This document shows positions 48,198 to 56,823 of a DNA stretch of 64,000 nt, piece by piece (position 1 is the first letter of the stretch; each line of letters begins with the position of its first letter). This DNA comes from a virus: positions 30,386 to 94,385 of the IMG/VR virus record IMGVR_UViG_3300020229_000001; one strand, given 5' to 3'. The notes under the pieces were generated by a model, which was given only the letters and a program-made list of their open reading frames with translations, did not search any database and was not told where the DNA came from. A program made the translations under genes and the position numbers.

Positions 48198-48520
48198 TTC
48201 CCCTCCTTTGCTGCCGCGATAAGTTCGTCCGCTTCGTCTAATGCCATATCTGCCCCGTAGCACCAATCTTGCGCCAAGAACATCGCCGCAATCTCCAGCC
48301 GCGAGGGTTCTGGGCGGGTGTGCGCGGTCTCTGCAAGGGCTTTCTCAAGCTTTTCCAGTTCGTGTCCTCTGCTGACTCGCCGGGCGTTTGCTTGGCCCTC
48401 GAGCAGCTCGGCCCGCTCGGAGTCGACGATGACTGTGACGTGGGGGTGACGGTTGTCTGCGAGCCACTGCATGAGTGGCATGGCTGCTTCCCGGAAGGCC
48501 TTGAATTCTTGTTCGATCAT
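48194..48520 (-). CDS. Hypothetical protein
   Basis: PLMQWL..HPHVTVIVDS..AELLEG plus EPSRLEIAA..ADELIAA. Confidence 0.6.
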   Translation of the reverse strand: MIEQEFKAFREAAMPLMQWLADNRHPHVTVIVDSERAELLEGQANARRVSRGHELEKLEKALAETAHTRPEPSRLEIAAMFLAQDWCYGADMALDEADELIAAAKEGK

Positions 48521-48650
48521 GGTGTTTTGGTTTGATGAATGATTGTGATGTTTTAGAGTGACGGCCTAACCAAACGCTGGGCGGCGTTGGTGACGTGGAC
48601 AGGAAAGCCCCGGCCCGTCATGTGACGGTGTCCGGGGCAATCTGTTGTGG

Positions 48651-49196
48651 TTATATGGTTGCGGCCATGCGTGCGCCGATATCTTTGGCCCGTTTGATGA
48701 TGAGGTCGATGTCGTCTTTGTGGCCTGCGAGCAGCCTGTTGGCTGATATGAGGTCTGCCCGGAGTAGGAGGCTATTGAGCACCGTGTTGGCGTGGAGCTC
48801 GGCTTTGGATAGCATGGGCATGACTGGTTGCGCTGGCTGTTTGCGGTATGGAGGCGCAAAACTTCTAAGTTGATGTTGGTCATGCAAGGCTTCGGCCATT
48901 CTTACTGTGGCCTGCTCGCATTCATGCTTCCACTTGTCGCGATCTTCCCGGGTCTTCTCAAGCTCGGCATTCGTTTTGACGCAAGATTGTTTCCATTCAT
49001 CCCGGGCTGATTTCAGAGCTTCGATCTGAATATCCCGGAAGGTGACCTTGCTTTGCAGTTCGCTGATACGCTGGGCGACTATAGGCTTGGGTTCTTGTTT
49101 AAGCTTTTCCAGCTCGGTCATTACTTTCCCGTGTTCAGCCTGCCACCAGTCCCGGTTATCGATGATTTCCTGTATGTCTTTAATGGTCTGGTTCAT
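48651..49196 (-). CDS. Coiled-coil hypothetical protein
   Basis: Repeated RD.WK coiled-coil units; ATGA overlap at the start. Confidence 0.55.
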   Translation of the reverse strand: MNQTIKDIQEIIDNRDWWQAEHGKVMTELEKLKQEPKPIVAQRISELQSKVTFRDIQIEALKSARDEWKQSCVKTNAELEKTREDRDKWKHECEQATVRMAEALHDQHQLRSFAPPYRKQPAQPVMPMLSKAELHANTVLNSLLLRADLISANRLLAGHKDDIDLIIKRAKDIGARMAATI

Positions 49197-49636
49197 AATG
49201 TTTTGATGGCTTGATCTACTAATATGTCGATGATTTCTCCTGCGAGTTGTTTTGCTGTTGTTTTTTCTGCTCCGGAATCTGAAATGAATCCGATGAATTG
49301 CTTTTGATTGTGAGCGAGAAACGAGATGAGTAGGTCTAGGTGTAACCAATTGAGCTGATCACTGTAGTGTAGCAAAAACGCGGGGGTGCGTTCGCCAACG
49401 TGGGCTCCCGCGATGTTGAAGTCGAAGAATTCCTCCGCGTCTTCAAGGTCTACCCCTGCGCCTTCCTTGATGCCTTGTATGGTGCGTTCTTGGTCGTACA
49501 CCGCAATGGCAGTGTGGTTAATGAATGCAACTCCGACGAACGCATGATCATGGCCGTCCGCGAACAGAATGGGCTCTTCTGGGGCGGCAGCCTCGCACCA
49601 TTGCTCAATGTTCCTTCTCTGAGCGCAAGATGGCAT
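49193..49636 (-). CDS. Phage hypothetical protein
   Basis: LFADGHDHAFVG..VYD..AEEFFDFNIAGAHVGERTP pattern; start uncertain. Confidence 0.6.
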   Translation of the reverse strand: MPSCAQRRNIEQWCEAAAPEEPILFADGHDHAFVGVAFINHTAIAVYDQERTIQGIKEGAGVDLEDAEEFFDFNIAGAHVGERTPAFLLHYSDQLNWLHLDLLISFLAHNQKQFIGFISDSGAEKTTAKQLAGEIIDILVDQAIKTL

Positions 49637-49802
49637 TAACGGCCTCGAGAGCTTTTTGGCCTTCTGTGTACGGGCTCCAACCTGAGGCTTGGAGGATGCC
49701 TTGGATGTTGATGGCTGCGGCTTTCCAGAGGTCTCTGGAATAGGTGAGACCGTCGATTTTGGCTTTAAGGGCTTGGATGGTTTTTTCATGGCTATTCTTC
49801 AT
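49605..49802 (-). CDS. Hypothetical protein
   Basis: 65 aa, packed between neighbours. Confidence 0.4.
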   Translation of the reverse strand: MKNSHEKTIQALKAKIDGLTYSRDLWKAAAINIQGILQASGWSPYTEGQKALEAVNAILRSEKEH

Positions 49803-50178
49803 CGGTTTCTATGCTGTTGCTTTTAAGGTATTCCAGATCTGGAAAATAGGAGTCAACTTGTGATTTTTTGAGGACAAATACGCCCCTGAGATCCGGGTGA
49901 TCCCGGAGAATAAAGCGGACGTACACGGCTGCGAGCGGATCGCTTATCTTGAAGCCCTCGGTCTTGACGGTCTCGACGTTAATCTTCCATCGTAAGACTT
50001 CAAACAACATGTTGATGCCGATGTTTCTCTGTCCTGACCGTGAGACCTCGTAGGCCATGTTTACCAAGAGGGGCATGACATGAGGATTGGCCTTGTGATA
50101 AACGTGAAACCGCTCCCACAGGGTTTTCTTCAGCTTCTTTGGCTTCTCATCGAAGTCAAACTCGGGATGCTCATTCAT
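49792..50178 (-). CDS. Phage hypothetical protein
   Basis: F..YH..NPHV..FEVLRW..FKI..YVR..HP pattern recalled from phage early proteins. Confidence 0.65.
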   Translation of the reverse strand: MNEHPEFDFDEKPKKLKKTLWERFHVYHKANPHVMPLLVNMAYEVSRSGQRNIGINMLFEVLRWKINVETVKTEGFKISDPLAAVYVRFILRDHPDLRGVFVLKKSQVDSYFPDLEYLKSNSIETDEE

Positions 50179-50488
50179 GTTCTATTTGTTTAAAGAAAAT
50201 GAGGTTGCGAACCGCATGAACAAATTCCACGTCGCCAAAGTAAATATCAAAGACGGCCAGCCAATGCTGTTCATCCACTGATGCCTGCCCGGTTTCCCCT
50301 TTCTTTTTAATTTGGGCAAGCGAATCACAGAACGCTGCTATCATTAGGTTTGCAGCTCTATATGAACTGATTTCTCCTTTGATCGGAAAAGCGCCGATAG
50401 AAGTGCCGAGGCCAGTGATCTTCTGCCCAATGATTACCAATGCCTCGCTGGCGTTTTTTGGAACTTCAAATATGTGTCGTTCGTTCAT
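50171..50488 (-). CDS. Hypothetical protein
   Basis: Packed ORF with an ATGA overlap. Confidence 0.5.
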   Translation of the reverse strand: MNERHIFEVPKNASEALVIIGQKITGLGTSIGAFPIKGEISSYRAANLMIAAFCDSLAQIKKKGETGQASVDEQHWLAVFDIYFGDVEFVHAVRNLIFFKQIEHE

Positions 50489-50739
50489 AGCTTTCCTGCT
50501 TTGCAAAGGTTGAGTGTTTCGAGCCATTCAAGGCACTTGTTCCCGCTGTGCTGCACGACTGTTGGCCGGGCGGCATCGCAAAGCGCCGTGAGCGCCTTGA
50601 CTGTGGCTTTTAAACGCCGAATCTCGGCCTCGGCCAATTCGAGGGCGTGGTCTTCATCCATGATGGGAGGTGGCTCGCCTTGACCGTATCCAGACCACTC
50701 TACGTGGCGGACAAATGTGGGATCGTTTTTGCTTCTCAT
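50485..50739 (-). CDS. Hypothetical protein
   Basis: Packed ORF. Confidence 0.5.
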   Translation of the reverse strand: MRSKNDPTFVRHVEWSGYGQGEPPPIMDEDHALELAEAEIRRLKATVKALTALCDAARPTVVQHSGNKCLEWLETLNLCKAGKL

Positions 50740-50740
50740 G

Positions 50741-51196
50741 TTAAGCTAGTTTGATGATGGTTTCTGCAACCGCGTCTAAAGTCCCAGCTTTTTTAAGAAC
50801 AGAAATGCGTTCGCATAATTCCACGAACTCTCGCAATCTCGCAATTTCTCGGTCGTGTTCAGCGCCAACAAAAAAAGTGCGAATGTCCTGAAGTTCTTTT
50901 TTAATAGTATTAATTTCAGCAACGTAGGCTATTTTAAACCCCTTGATTGCAGAGATGTTGTTTTTCATGTTTTCCCGGTGGCGATCCATGTCACCGCCTA
51001 TGCCTCTGTACAGTTCGTCAATGATTGATCGTGCGTCCTGAGCTGCCAGCACCATAGGTCTGGTTTCTCTTGGCATTTTCCCTATCTGCTCCGCGATTAA
51101 GACAGCTAAGTCGTCGAAGGAATAGCATTCCTCGCCTCTGAACATTTGCGTTCTGATTTTGCTGTCGCTGTCTGTGCTGCTTTTGATTTCGGACAT
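50741..51196 (-). CDS. Helical hypothetical protein
   Basis: 151-aa ORF, visibly AT-richer than its neighbours. Confidence 0.6.
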   Translation of the reverse strand: MSEIKSSTDSDSKIRTQMFRGEECYSFDDLAVLIAEQIGKMPRETRPMVLAAQDARSIIDELYRGIGGDMDRHRENMKNNISAIKGFKIAYVAEINTIKKELQDIRTFFVGAEHDREIARLREFVELCERISVLKKAGTLDAVAETIIKLA

Positions 51197-51217
51197 AATT
51201 TATCTATTTATTTTTAG

Positions 51218-51553
51218 TTACAGGCTTTTGATTTTGAACACTCTCGCCAACACTTCCCTGCTGGTCTGCGGGATGGATAGCGTCGTGGGGCCTTCGTCCG
51301 GGGTGTTGTAGCTGACGACCTCTACGCCGTTCTGAAGCAGCACAGCAATAGCCTGACGCTCAAAGTCGCAGATGTTTGTGTCGTATGGGATTGTCAGGCT
51401 GCGCCCCCGGGCTCGGTAACTAAGTTTGACCCGGTCGCCACGCTTGGCTGTGGATGGCAGGTAACGCACTTCGATTTCGTCGTGCTTAGGTGTTTTGGAA
51501 GCGACCTGTATTGTGAGTTCGCCTGTTGTTTTGGTGTTTATGGCTTCTAGCAT
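51218..51553 (-). CDS. Early hypothetical protein
   Basis: IEVRYLPSTAKRGDRVK..SLTIPYD pattern typical of small phage early proteins. Confidence 0.6.
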   Translation of the reverse strand: MLEAINTKTTGELTIQVASKTPKHDEIEVRYLPSTAKRGDRVKLSYRARGRSLTIPYDTNICDFERQAIAVLLQNGVEVVSYNTPDEGPTTLSIPQTSREVLARVFKIKSL

Positions 51554-51647
51554 ATATATGTGTTTGGTTTAATGGGGCTTGATTGCCCCCTGCTACCTAC
51601 GGTTTGTGCCCGGGGACAGAAACCGTAGGCAGACGGGGACACTCACG

Positions 51648-51893
51648 CTAGTTTAGCGACATGATGACGGTTGGCGCACAGCCCTCTGGAACGTCTTCCA
51701 GAACTTCACGAACGGCCCGGAGGTGAGCTTTGATGGCACTTTCCTTGTTCCCGGTGTAGACGGCCTCGCCAATCTGGTCGCAATTGGAATTTTTGATCTG
51801 CGTGAGGTAACTGCGCTCTTGTCGAAGATACCAAGTTTCGACGAACCGGGCGTCGTGGGCAGGCGTGGCCTTGATGTAGTCGTGGAGGTGCAT
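51648..51893 (-). CDS. Early hypothetical protein
   Basis: 81 aa, behind a candidate promoter. Confidence 0.55.
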   Translation of the reverse strand: MHLHDYIKATPAHDARFVETWYLRQERSYLTQIKNSNCDQIGEAVYTGNKESAIKAHLRAVREVLEDVPEGCAPTVIMSLN

Positions 51894-52032
51894 TAGGCGA
51901 GGGAAGCTGTGATGTCTTTGGTTGGGATGTCCCAGAGCGCACTGGCGTCGATGTATGGTTGAAATTGACTGACAGGTGAAGCGATACCCGAATCAAATTT
52001 CCCGGGCAAGCAATTTTGTAAAAACAATTCAA

Positions 52033-52084
52033 ACAAAGCCGCAAGCTGCTGTTTTGTAGCAACTTGCGGCTTGTTGTTTTTTTT
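52033..52084. terminator. Inverted repeat / possible bidirectional terminator
   Basis: AAGCCGCAAG/CTTGCGGCTT stem flanked by A and T tracts. Confidence 0.6.
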
Positions 52085-52349
52085 AAAATAAAACTGTTTT
52101 TGTGGCTATAGCGACCCGTTCGTACACATCGTCGTCCGAGTACGCCTGAAATACTATCCCGCCTCCGTACTGCTTGTTGTGGAAGCGTTTACCTCCAAGT
52201 TTGCGGGCTTTCTTTAGCGCAAACTCGTACAAGTCTACAAGAGTAAGCGCGGAGCGTTCTTCGGGCGTAATGAATGCGAGGAAATGGATGACCCGGCGCG
52301 GGTTGCCATTAATGTCGTTCTTGATGCGAGTGATGCTGTAGTCGTTCAT
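52083..52349 (-). CDS. Early phage protein
   Basis: RIKNDINGNPRRVIHF..LGGKRFHNKQYGGGIVFQ pattern; start set at MNDYS. Confidence 0.65.
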   Translation of the reverse strand: MNDYSITRIKNDINGNPRRVIHFLAFITPEERSALTLVDLYEFALKKARKLGGKRFHNKQYGGGIVFQAYSDDDVYERVAIATKTVLF

Positions 52350-52356
52350 AAAATAA

Positions 52357-52875
52357 TTAAGCCAAAAGTTCTGATGCGTAGCCTCCAAAGTATTTTCCTC
52401 GGGCGTTGCCAAGCAGGTCGGCAAAGTTATCAAACTCAAATTGGGAGGGATTATCCCGAATGTATTTGATGCGTTCTGATGCCGAATAGCAGTCCGCCCA
52501 AACCCTGTGCGCCTCTTCATACTCGCGCCGGGACAAGTCCTCGTCATCAAGCACGGGGTAGTCCTCGAGGGACAGGTGGATATCAAGAGCGATCTCGTAA
52601 TCGGTCGTCCCTTCCCGGACTGCGAGGTACTCGATCCAGCCACAGGCCCAGTGCCCGATGCGGACAACCTCTACGTTCTCGCCCTCACCTCCGAGTTGCT
52701 CGAGGGCTACCTCGAAGTTGGAGTTTGCGAGCAGGTCAGAGTCACGGTTGCGGGCGACCACAACGCCCCATCCATCGTCCGGGAGTTGCCCGGCATAGTT
52801 GGACAGCGAATCGAGGCCAGTAGGGCTAGAAACAGCCTTTCTGAGCGAAGGCAGGGAGAATTCAGTTTTGTTCAT
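52357..52875 (-). CDS. Acidic early hypothetical protein
   Basis: RDSDLLANSNF..GHWACGWIEYL..LEDYPVLDDEDLS pattern. Confidence 0.65.
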   Translation of the reverse strand: MNKTEFSLPSLRKAVSSPTGLDSLSNYAGQLPDDGWGVVVARNRDSDLLANSNFEVALEQLGGEGENVEVVRIGHWACGWIEYLAVREGTTDYEIALDIHLSLEDYPVLDDEDLSRREYEEAHRVWADCYSASERIKYIRDNPSQFEFDNFADLLGNARGKYFGGYASELLA

Positions 52876-53011
52876 AAATGTACAGTGTTTGAGTTAGATG
52901 GTTGCTTGCTGACTGAGGACATCCAACCATACCACTCGTTGTCTGGCAACTTAATTTGCATTCTTTTTTTAAGCTGCCCGCAAGTGACGCAAGCCCAGCG
53001 TTTTACGGAAC

Positions 53012-53050
53012 AAAAAAAAGCACCAACGAACTTAACCGTTGGCGTTTTTT
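53012..53050 (-). terminator. Intrinsic terminator after the replication operon
   Basis: CGCCAACG/CGTTGGTG stem followed by U8. Confidence 0.65.
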
Positions 53051-53060
53051 TACATTTTCA

Positions 53061-53228
53061 TCACCAGTTTTTGTCCTCTGGCTCGCCATCTGGCTCAAAT
53101 ATCTCTCCGCAATCTAAGCATTTGGCTGAATCTGTGCCGTTTGGGACGACAACGCCGTTGCATTTAGGGCATTCTGATTCTTCTTCGTCTCGGTCGTCGA
53201 AATCTCCCGGAAATCCTGTGCAAGTCAT
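53061..53228 (-). CDS. 55-aa acidic Zn-ribbon protein
   Basis: Manual translation MTCTGFPGDFDDRDEEESECPKCNGVVVPNGTDSAKCLDCGEIFEPDGEPEDKNW; ATGA overlap. Confidence 0.6.
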   Translation of the reverse strand: MTCTGFPGDFDDRDEEESECPKCNGVVVPNGTDSAKCLDCGEIFEPDGEPEDKNW

Positions 53229-53521
53229 TGTTTTTGTTTGGTTAAGAATTCGAGTTTCACTTGCAATACGGCTCTCGCCTTTGCCGACGCCAACTGAAGG
53301 CGCTGGTAGTCGATTAGCCTGACAACACGGCCAACAAGGGAATCTTCAAGGTGCATTGGCTCATACACTTCCAGATCGTCGCACCCTTTTTCAATTGCAT
53401 CAAATTCCTTTAACATCTTTGCTACCTTTTCTTTAAGGGCGTCACGTTCAATCCGCAGCAACGTAAACTGCTGGGATTCCGAGAGGATAATTCGTTCGTC
53501 TGTTTGTATTGTGTTTTCCAT
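53225..53521 (-). CDS. Coiled-coil hypothetical protein
   Basis: Start MENTIQ just after the loader stop. Confidence 0.5.
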   Translation of the reverse strand: MENTIQTDERIILSESQQFTLLRIERDALKEKVAKMLKEFDAIEKGCDDLEVYEPMHLEDSLVGRVVRLIDYQRLQLASAKARAVLQVKLEFLTKQKQ

Positions 53522-53522
53522 G

Positions 53523-54188
53523 TTAAACTGTTCTGTATGAGGGCCAATCGCACACTGCAACGCCCCCGGTTTCAAGTATGCGGCTAGATATGCTTTCGCC
53601 AACGGATTGAAGAAATGTTTCCTTGGTCTGATTTGAGATAAGGAGCGTATCTCTTTCGGACTGATAGCGTCTATCGATTAGGTGGGTAAGTAGGCGATCC
53701 TCCCAAGCTGTTTCTCCTCGTTCCTGCATTTCGTCGAGCACCAAGTAGGCGGGGGCGCAGTAACGCTCGATCACATCTTTCTCAGATCCGCCCTTGTCCC
53801 TAAAGGACTCTTTGATGTCTATAAAGAACCCCATCGCCGTTGCGTACAATGGGCGTTTCCCGGCGTTTGCAATCATCTTGGCTATCTGCACCGCCATTTG
53901 AGTCTTCCCGGTGCCCCTGCGCCCTACCAGCGCAATAATGAATCCAGTGCCAAGTCGCTTCTCCACCCGAGCCTGAACTTTCAGCCAATGCCCCCCTTGC
54001 AGGTCAACGGAAGTAACATTGCGGTGCCGTGGCGGGATGTTCGCTTTCGCGAGGTACTCGATGCCCTTTTCACGGAGCATCCGAGTCTCCTGCTCTTTCT
54101 CGCGTTGCTGGATCTCGTCCTTAGACAAGGTCAGGAACCTCGATTGTTTCAACAAACTCTCTGCTACGTTTTTCGCTTCGGTGATCAT
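53523..54188 (-). CDS. DnaC/IstB-like helicase loader ATPase
   Basis: Walker A GRRGTGKT, LVLDEM, LIDRRY, LISN, ISSRI. Confidence 0.9.
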   Translation of the reverse strand: MITEAKNVAESLLKQSRFLTLSKDEIQQREKEQETRMLREKGIEYLAKANIPPRHRNVTSVDLQGGHWLKVQARVEKRLGTGFIIALVGRRGTGKTQMAVQIAKMIANAGKRPLYATAMGFFIDIKESFRDKGGSEKDVIERYCAPAYLVLDEMQERGETAWEDRLLTHLIDRRYQSERDTLLISNQTKETFLQSVGESISSRILETGGVAVCDWPSYRTV

Positions 54189-54915
54189 GGTTGATTTTTG
54201 ACTTTTCCTGCTGTTCGTAAAACTGACTGTACCCGGCTGCCATTGCCGCCCTGAGCGCTGGAATGGCTTTCTCTAGCCCTAGATCCTCGGCTCTCAGCAA
54301 AGCATTGCGAAGTGCCGTTGGGGTCATGGGCTTTTTGATCTCGACTCTGTGCTGCTGAAATTCCGCAAAAACAGATTTAAATTCAACAGTATCGAACCCC
54401 GCAGGGTAATCAATTTCCCCCGCAGGGGGATTAAGGGGGGTGCTCTTTAATTTGGTTCTTGGTTTATGGTTCTTGGTTCTTGGTTCTTGGTTCTTGGTTG
54501 GTATACCAGTGTCCGTATACGGCGACTGGTATACCGTGGGTATGTTTTCTGATACCGTCGGTATGTTTTCCGATACCGCCGGTATACCGTCGGTATTTTT
54601 AGACCACCGCTTGGAAACTCTGGCCCTCTGTTGTTCTGAGAGTGATTGATACTTTTCCAGCTCTTTGTCGGCTCGCTTATGCGACCAAACGCCGTTGCAG
54701 TGAGAAAAGAACTCCCGCAAAACTCGTTCCACGGCTTCGCGTTCGTCCTGTGCCCGGGCGGACAGCTTTCGGATCAGGTCGTCAACAGTGAGTTGAAGCG
54801 GTCCGTTGTTAAGGTAGTAGAGATCGAGCAGGCGGCTGTAAACGCCGTGCTCAAGTAGGGACAGGTGACCTGTGTCACGCAGGTAGTCCCCAATGTGTCG
54901 AGGGTAATGGTTCAT
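54121..54915 (-). CDS. Replication initiator, YdaU/DUF1376 family
   Basis: MNHYPRHIGDYLRDTGHLSLLEHGVYSRLLDLYY N-terminus; internal repeats; upstream of the loader. Confidence 0.85.
   Translation of the reverse strand: MNHYPRHIGDYLRDTGHLSLLEHGVYSRLLDLYYLNNGPLQLTVDDLIRKLSARAQDEREAVERVLREFFSHCNGVWSHKRADKELEKYQSLSEQQRARVSKRWSKNTDGIPAVSENIPTVSENIPTVYQSPYTDTGIPTKNQEPRTKNHKPRTKLKSTPLNPPAGEIDYPAGFDTVEFKSVFAEFQQHRVEIKKPMTPTALRNALLRAEDLGLEKAIPALRAAMAAGYSQFYEQQEKSKINHDHRSEKRSREFVETIEVPDLV
54452..54596. repeat. Putative replication origin: iterons plus heptamer tandem
   Basis: ATACCG(T/C)(G/C)GGTAT at 54531, 54552, 54573 and 54584; seven TTGGTTC-like units at 54452-54500. Confidence 0.7.
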
Positions 54916-55330
54916 CGATTGAATAAATTGATAGATTGATGGATGGGGACTCCCCCTTGGCAGCGTAGACCTTTTCAACGGTCGCCCGGACGATCTGCCC
55001 GTCGTCCTCCCAAAAGCCCTCCAAGGCATCTTGCGTGCCTTTGCAGAGGTTGTCCCAGTCGGGGCGAGCGTCCATCCACATGCGCCCCTCTGGGTCTTTT
55101 TTCCGCTGTAGCCGCTGCGGGCGGGCCATCACAAATAACACTTCAATTCCCATCGGCCCGGTGATGGCGGCTACGGGCCGATGTTGGTTTGCAAACAGGC
55201 GTATCGCGTCCAGATACCTCGTCGTGCGCTTGTCCTTGAAGAAGACTGGCTTGCCTCCTTTAATAAACATTCGCTTGCCCCCGGTCTGAACTGGGATGGC
55301 CTCAACGGGTATCTGGAACGTGACCCTCAT
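54875..55330 (-). CDS. rusA: RusA-family Holliday junction resolvase
   Basis: RPDWDNLCKGTQDAL..WEDDGQIV..EKVYA. Confidence 0.9.
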   Translation of the reverse strand: MRVTFQIPVEAIPVQTGGKRMFIKGGKPVFFKDKRTTRYLDAIRLFANQHRPVAAITGPMGIEVLFVMARPQRLQRKKDPEGRMWMDARPDWDNLCKGTQDALEGFWEDDGQIVRATVEKVYAAKGESPSINLSIYSIDEPLPSTHWGLPA

Positions 55331-55332
55331 GC

Positions 55333-55932
55333 CTAGAACGGGATGTCGTCGTCGGTCAGATCAATCGGGTCCGATGCGTACACCGTGCGCTGCGGAGTTG
55401 CCGGGCGGGACGCTGGAGCGGCTGCTGGAGCTGCCCCGGTCTCGGCCTGAATGGACTTCGCCACGGCTTGCAGCTTCCGGGACAACGCCGACATTTTGGT
55501 GCGGTCGAGCGGTGTTCCCGCCGGGCGGGCGTCGGGATCGTTGAGCCACGTCGCTTCATACATAGGCTCGCCCTTTTTTGTGTACGCTAGCTCCCGGCCT
55601 CCATTCTGGCCAGCCTTGGTCCGCTGCTCGATTGTCACGAGCACTGCCCGGCCTTCGAGGAACCCGTCGCCTTGAGCCAGTAGGTCAAACCAGTTTGCCG
55701 GGGCCTTGAGAGCCTCAAGAAGCATGCGAGACGTGCGTGCTATTGATTTATCGGACGAGATATACCCCTCCCAGATGATAGTGCATCCGCCCTGCGCGGG
55801 ATCTTCTGGATCGATGACAAGAGGTATGCGGACAAACTCCGCTCCGTTGTCGGTTTCTGACAACCAACCCCCGGTCGTGGGGCGCTGGACATATGCCCGG
55901 AAACGTCCGGGTTGCGTGATGTATTTGCTCAT
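55333..55932 (-). CDS. Single-stranded DNA-binding protein-like
   Basis: OB-like N-terminus, Ala/Pro linker, acidic tail DDDIPF. Confidence 0.75.
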   Translation of the reverse strand: MSKYITQPGRFRAYVQRPTTGGWLSETDNGAEFVRIPLVIDPEDPAQGGCTIIWEGYISSDKSIARTSRMLLEALKAPANWFDLLAQGDGFLEGRAVLVTIEQRTKAGQNGGRELAYTKKGEPMYEATWLNDPDARPAGTPLDRTKMSALSRKLQAVAKSIQAETGAAPAAAPASRPATPQRTVYASDPIDLTDDDIPF

Positions 55933-55934
55933 GG

Positions 55935-56813
55935 TTATTGTAGTGACTGAAGTTTAACTATCCCTGCCTTAATGCGGTCAGCTGGAAGGGTTTCAATTGG
56001 GGTTTTGGTATACGCAACCTTCTGCTCTTTTGTGAGCGTTGAGGTGGTGAGTAGTGCAGTGAATTCCTGACGCAACTTTGCTGGAGAATTGGCGTCAACT
56101 GCGGCTGCAAACTCTTCGTAAGACAGGTTCAACGTCTCTGGCAGTGAGAGGCGATTCTTGGCATCCCAGCCCGGGCTCCAACAAGTCTGAATGATGCGGC
56201 CTCCACCGATAGTCTTGTCTGGCTTGCCCCCAGCGGACTTAGTTTTGAACACCTCGTACACGGCGAACAGGCAAGCGTCTGGCCATTCCCGGAGAATCCC
56301 GGTGAATCCCTTGTGCCCCTTCATCTCGTAACGGTCCCACTGCTCGCCCCCGGGCTGAGTAAAGGTCTTAATCTGGACGTGGCTGAGAAGAATGATGCCA
56401 AACTTCTGGCGTTCTCGGAGCGTGTCGAGTTTGTTGAGCAGTGCAGACAGCTCGAACTCGGCAACCTTGTAGCCTTTGCCAAAGCCGTAGCTTTCAATGT
56501 TAGTCTGGCCATCTCTTTTACAGACGTACCCGTGGATAGACCGCTCCAAGGAGTCTGTGGTGTCAACTACGAGGGTTTTGAAATCCCCGGGATTGGTGGT
56601 CAACTCATCGACTGTGGCCAGCGTGTCACCAAACGAGTCAGGGGTGATGCGGGCGACATGATCGAGCCCAGTGAGCCCTTGCTCTTGGCTGATAAACAAC
56701 GGCGATGGCGCTGCTGCTCCAAATGTTGACTTACCGATGCCTTCTGGACCGGAAAGAAGGATGCGTGGGGGGAGGGATTCTCCGCCTCGTTTAATTTTTG
56801 CTAGTATGCTCAT
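55935..56813 (-). CDS. Sak4-like AAA ATPase (single-strand annealing)
   Basis: GPEGIGKST, TLVVDTTDSLE, YGFGKGY, ILLSH, WDAKNR. Confidence 0.88.
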   Translation of the reverse strand: MSILAKIKRGGESLPPRILLSGPEGIGKSTFGAAAPSPLFISQEQGLTGLDHVARITPDSFGDTLATVDELTTNPGDFKTLVVDTTDSLERSIHGYVCKRDGQTNIESYGFGKGYKVAEFELSALLNKLDTLRERQKFGIILLSHVQIKTFTQPGGEQWDRYEMKGHKGFTGILREWPDACLFAVYEVFKTKSAGGKPDKTIGGGRIIQTCWSPGWDAKNRLSLPETLNLSYEEFAAAVDANSPAKLRQEFTALLTTSTLTKEQKVAYTKTPIETLPADRIKAGIVKLQSLQ

Positions 56814-56823
56814 ATGTATCGAT

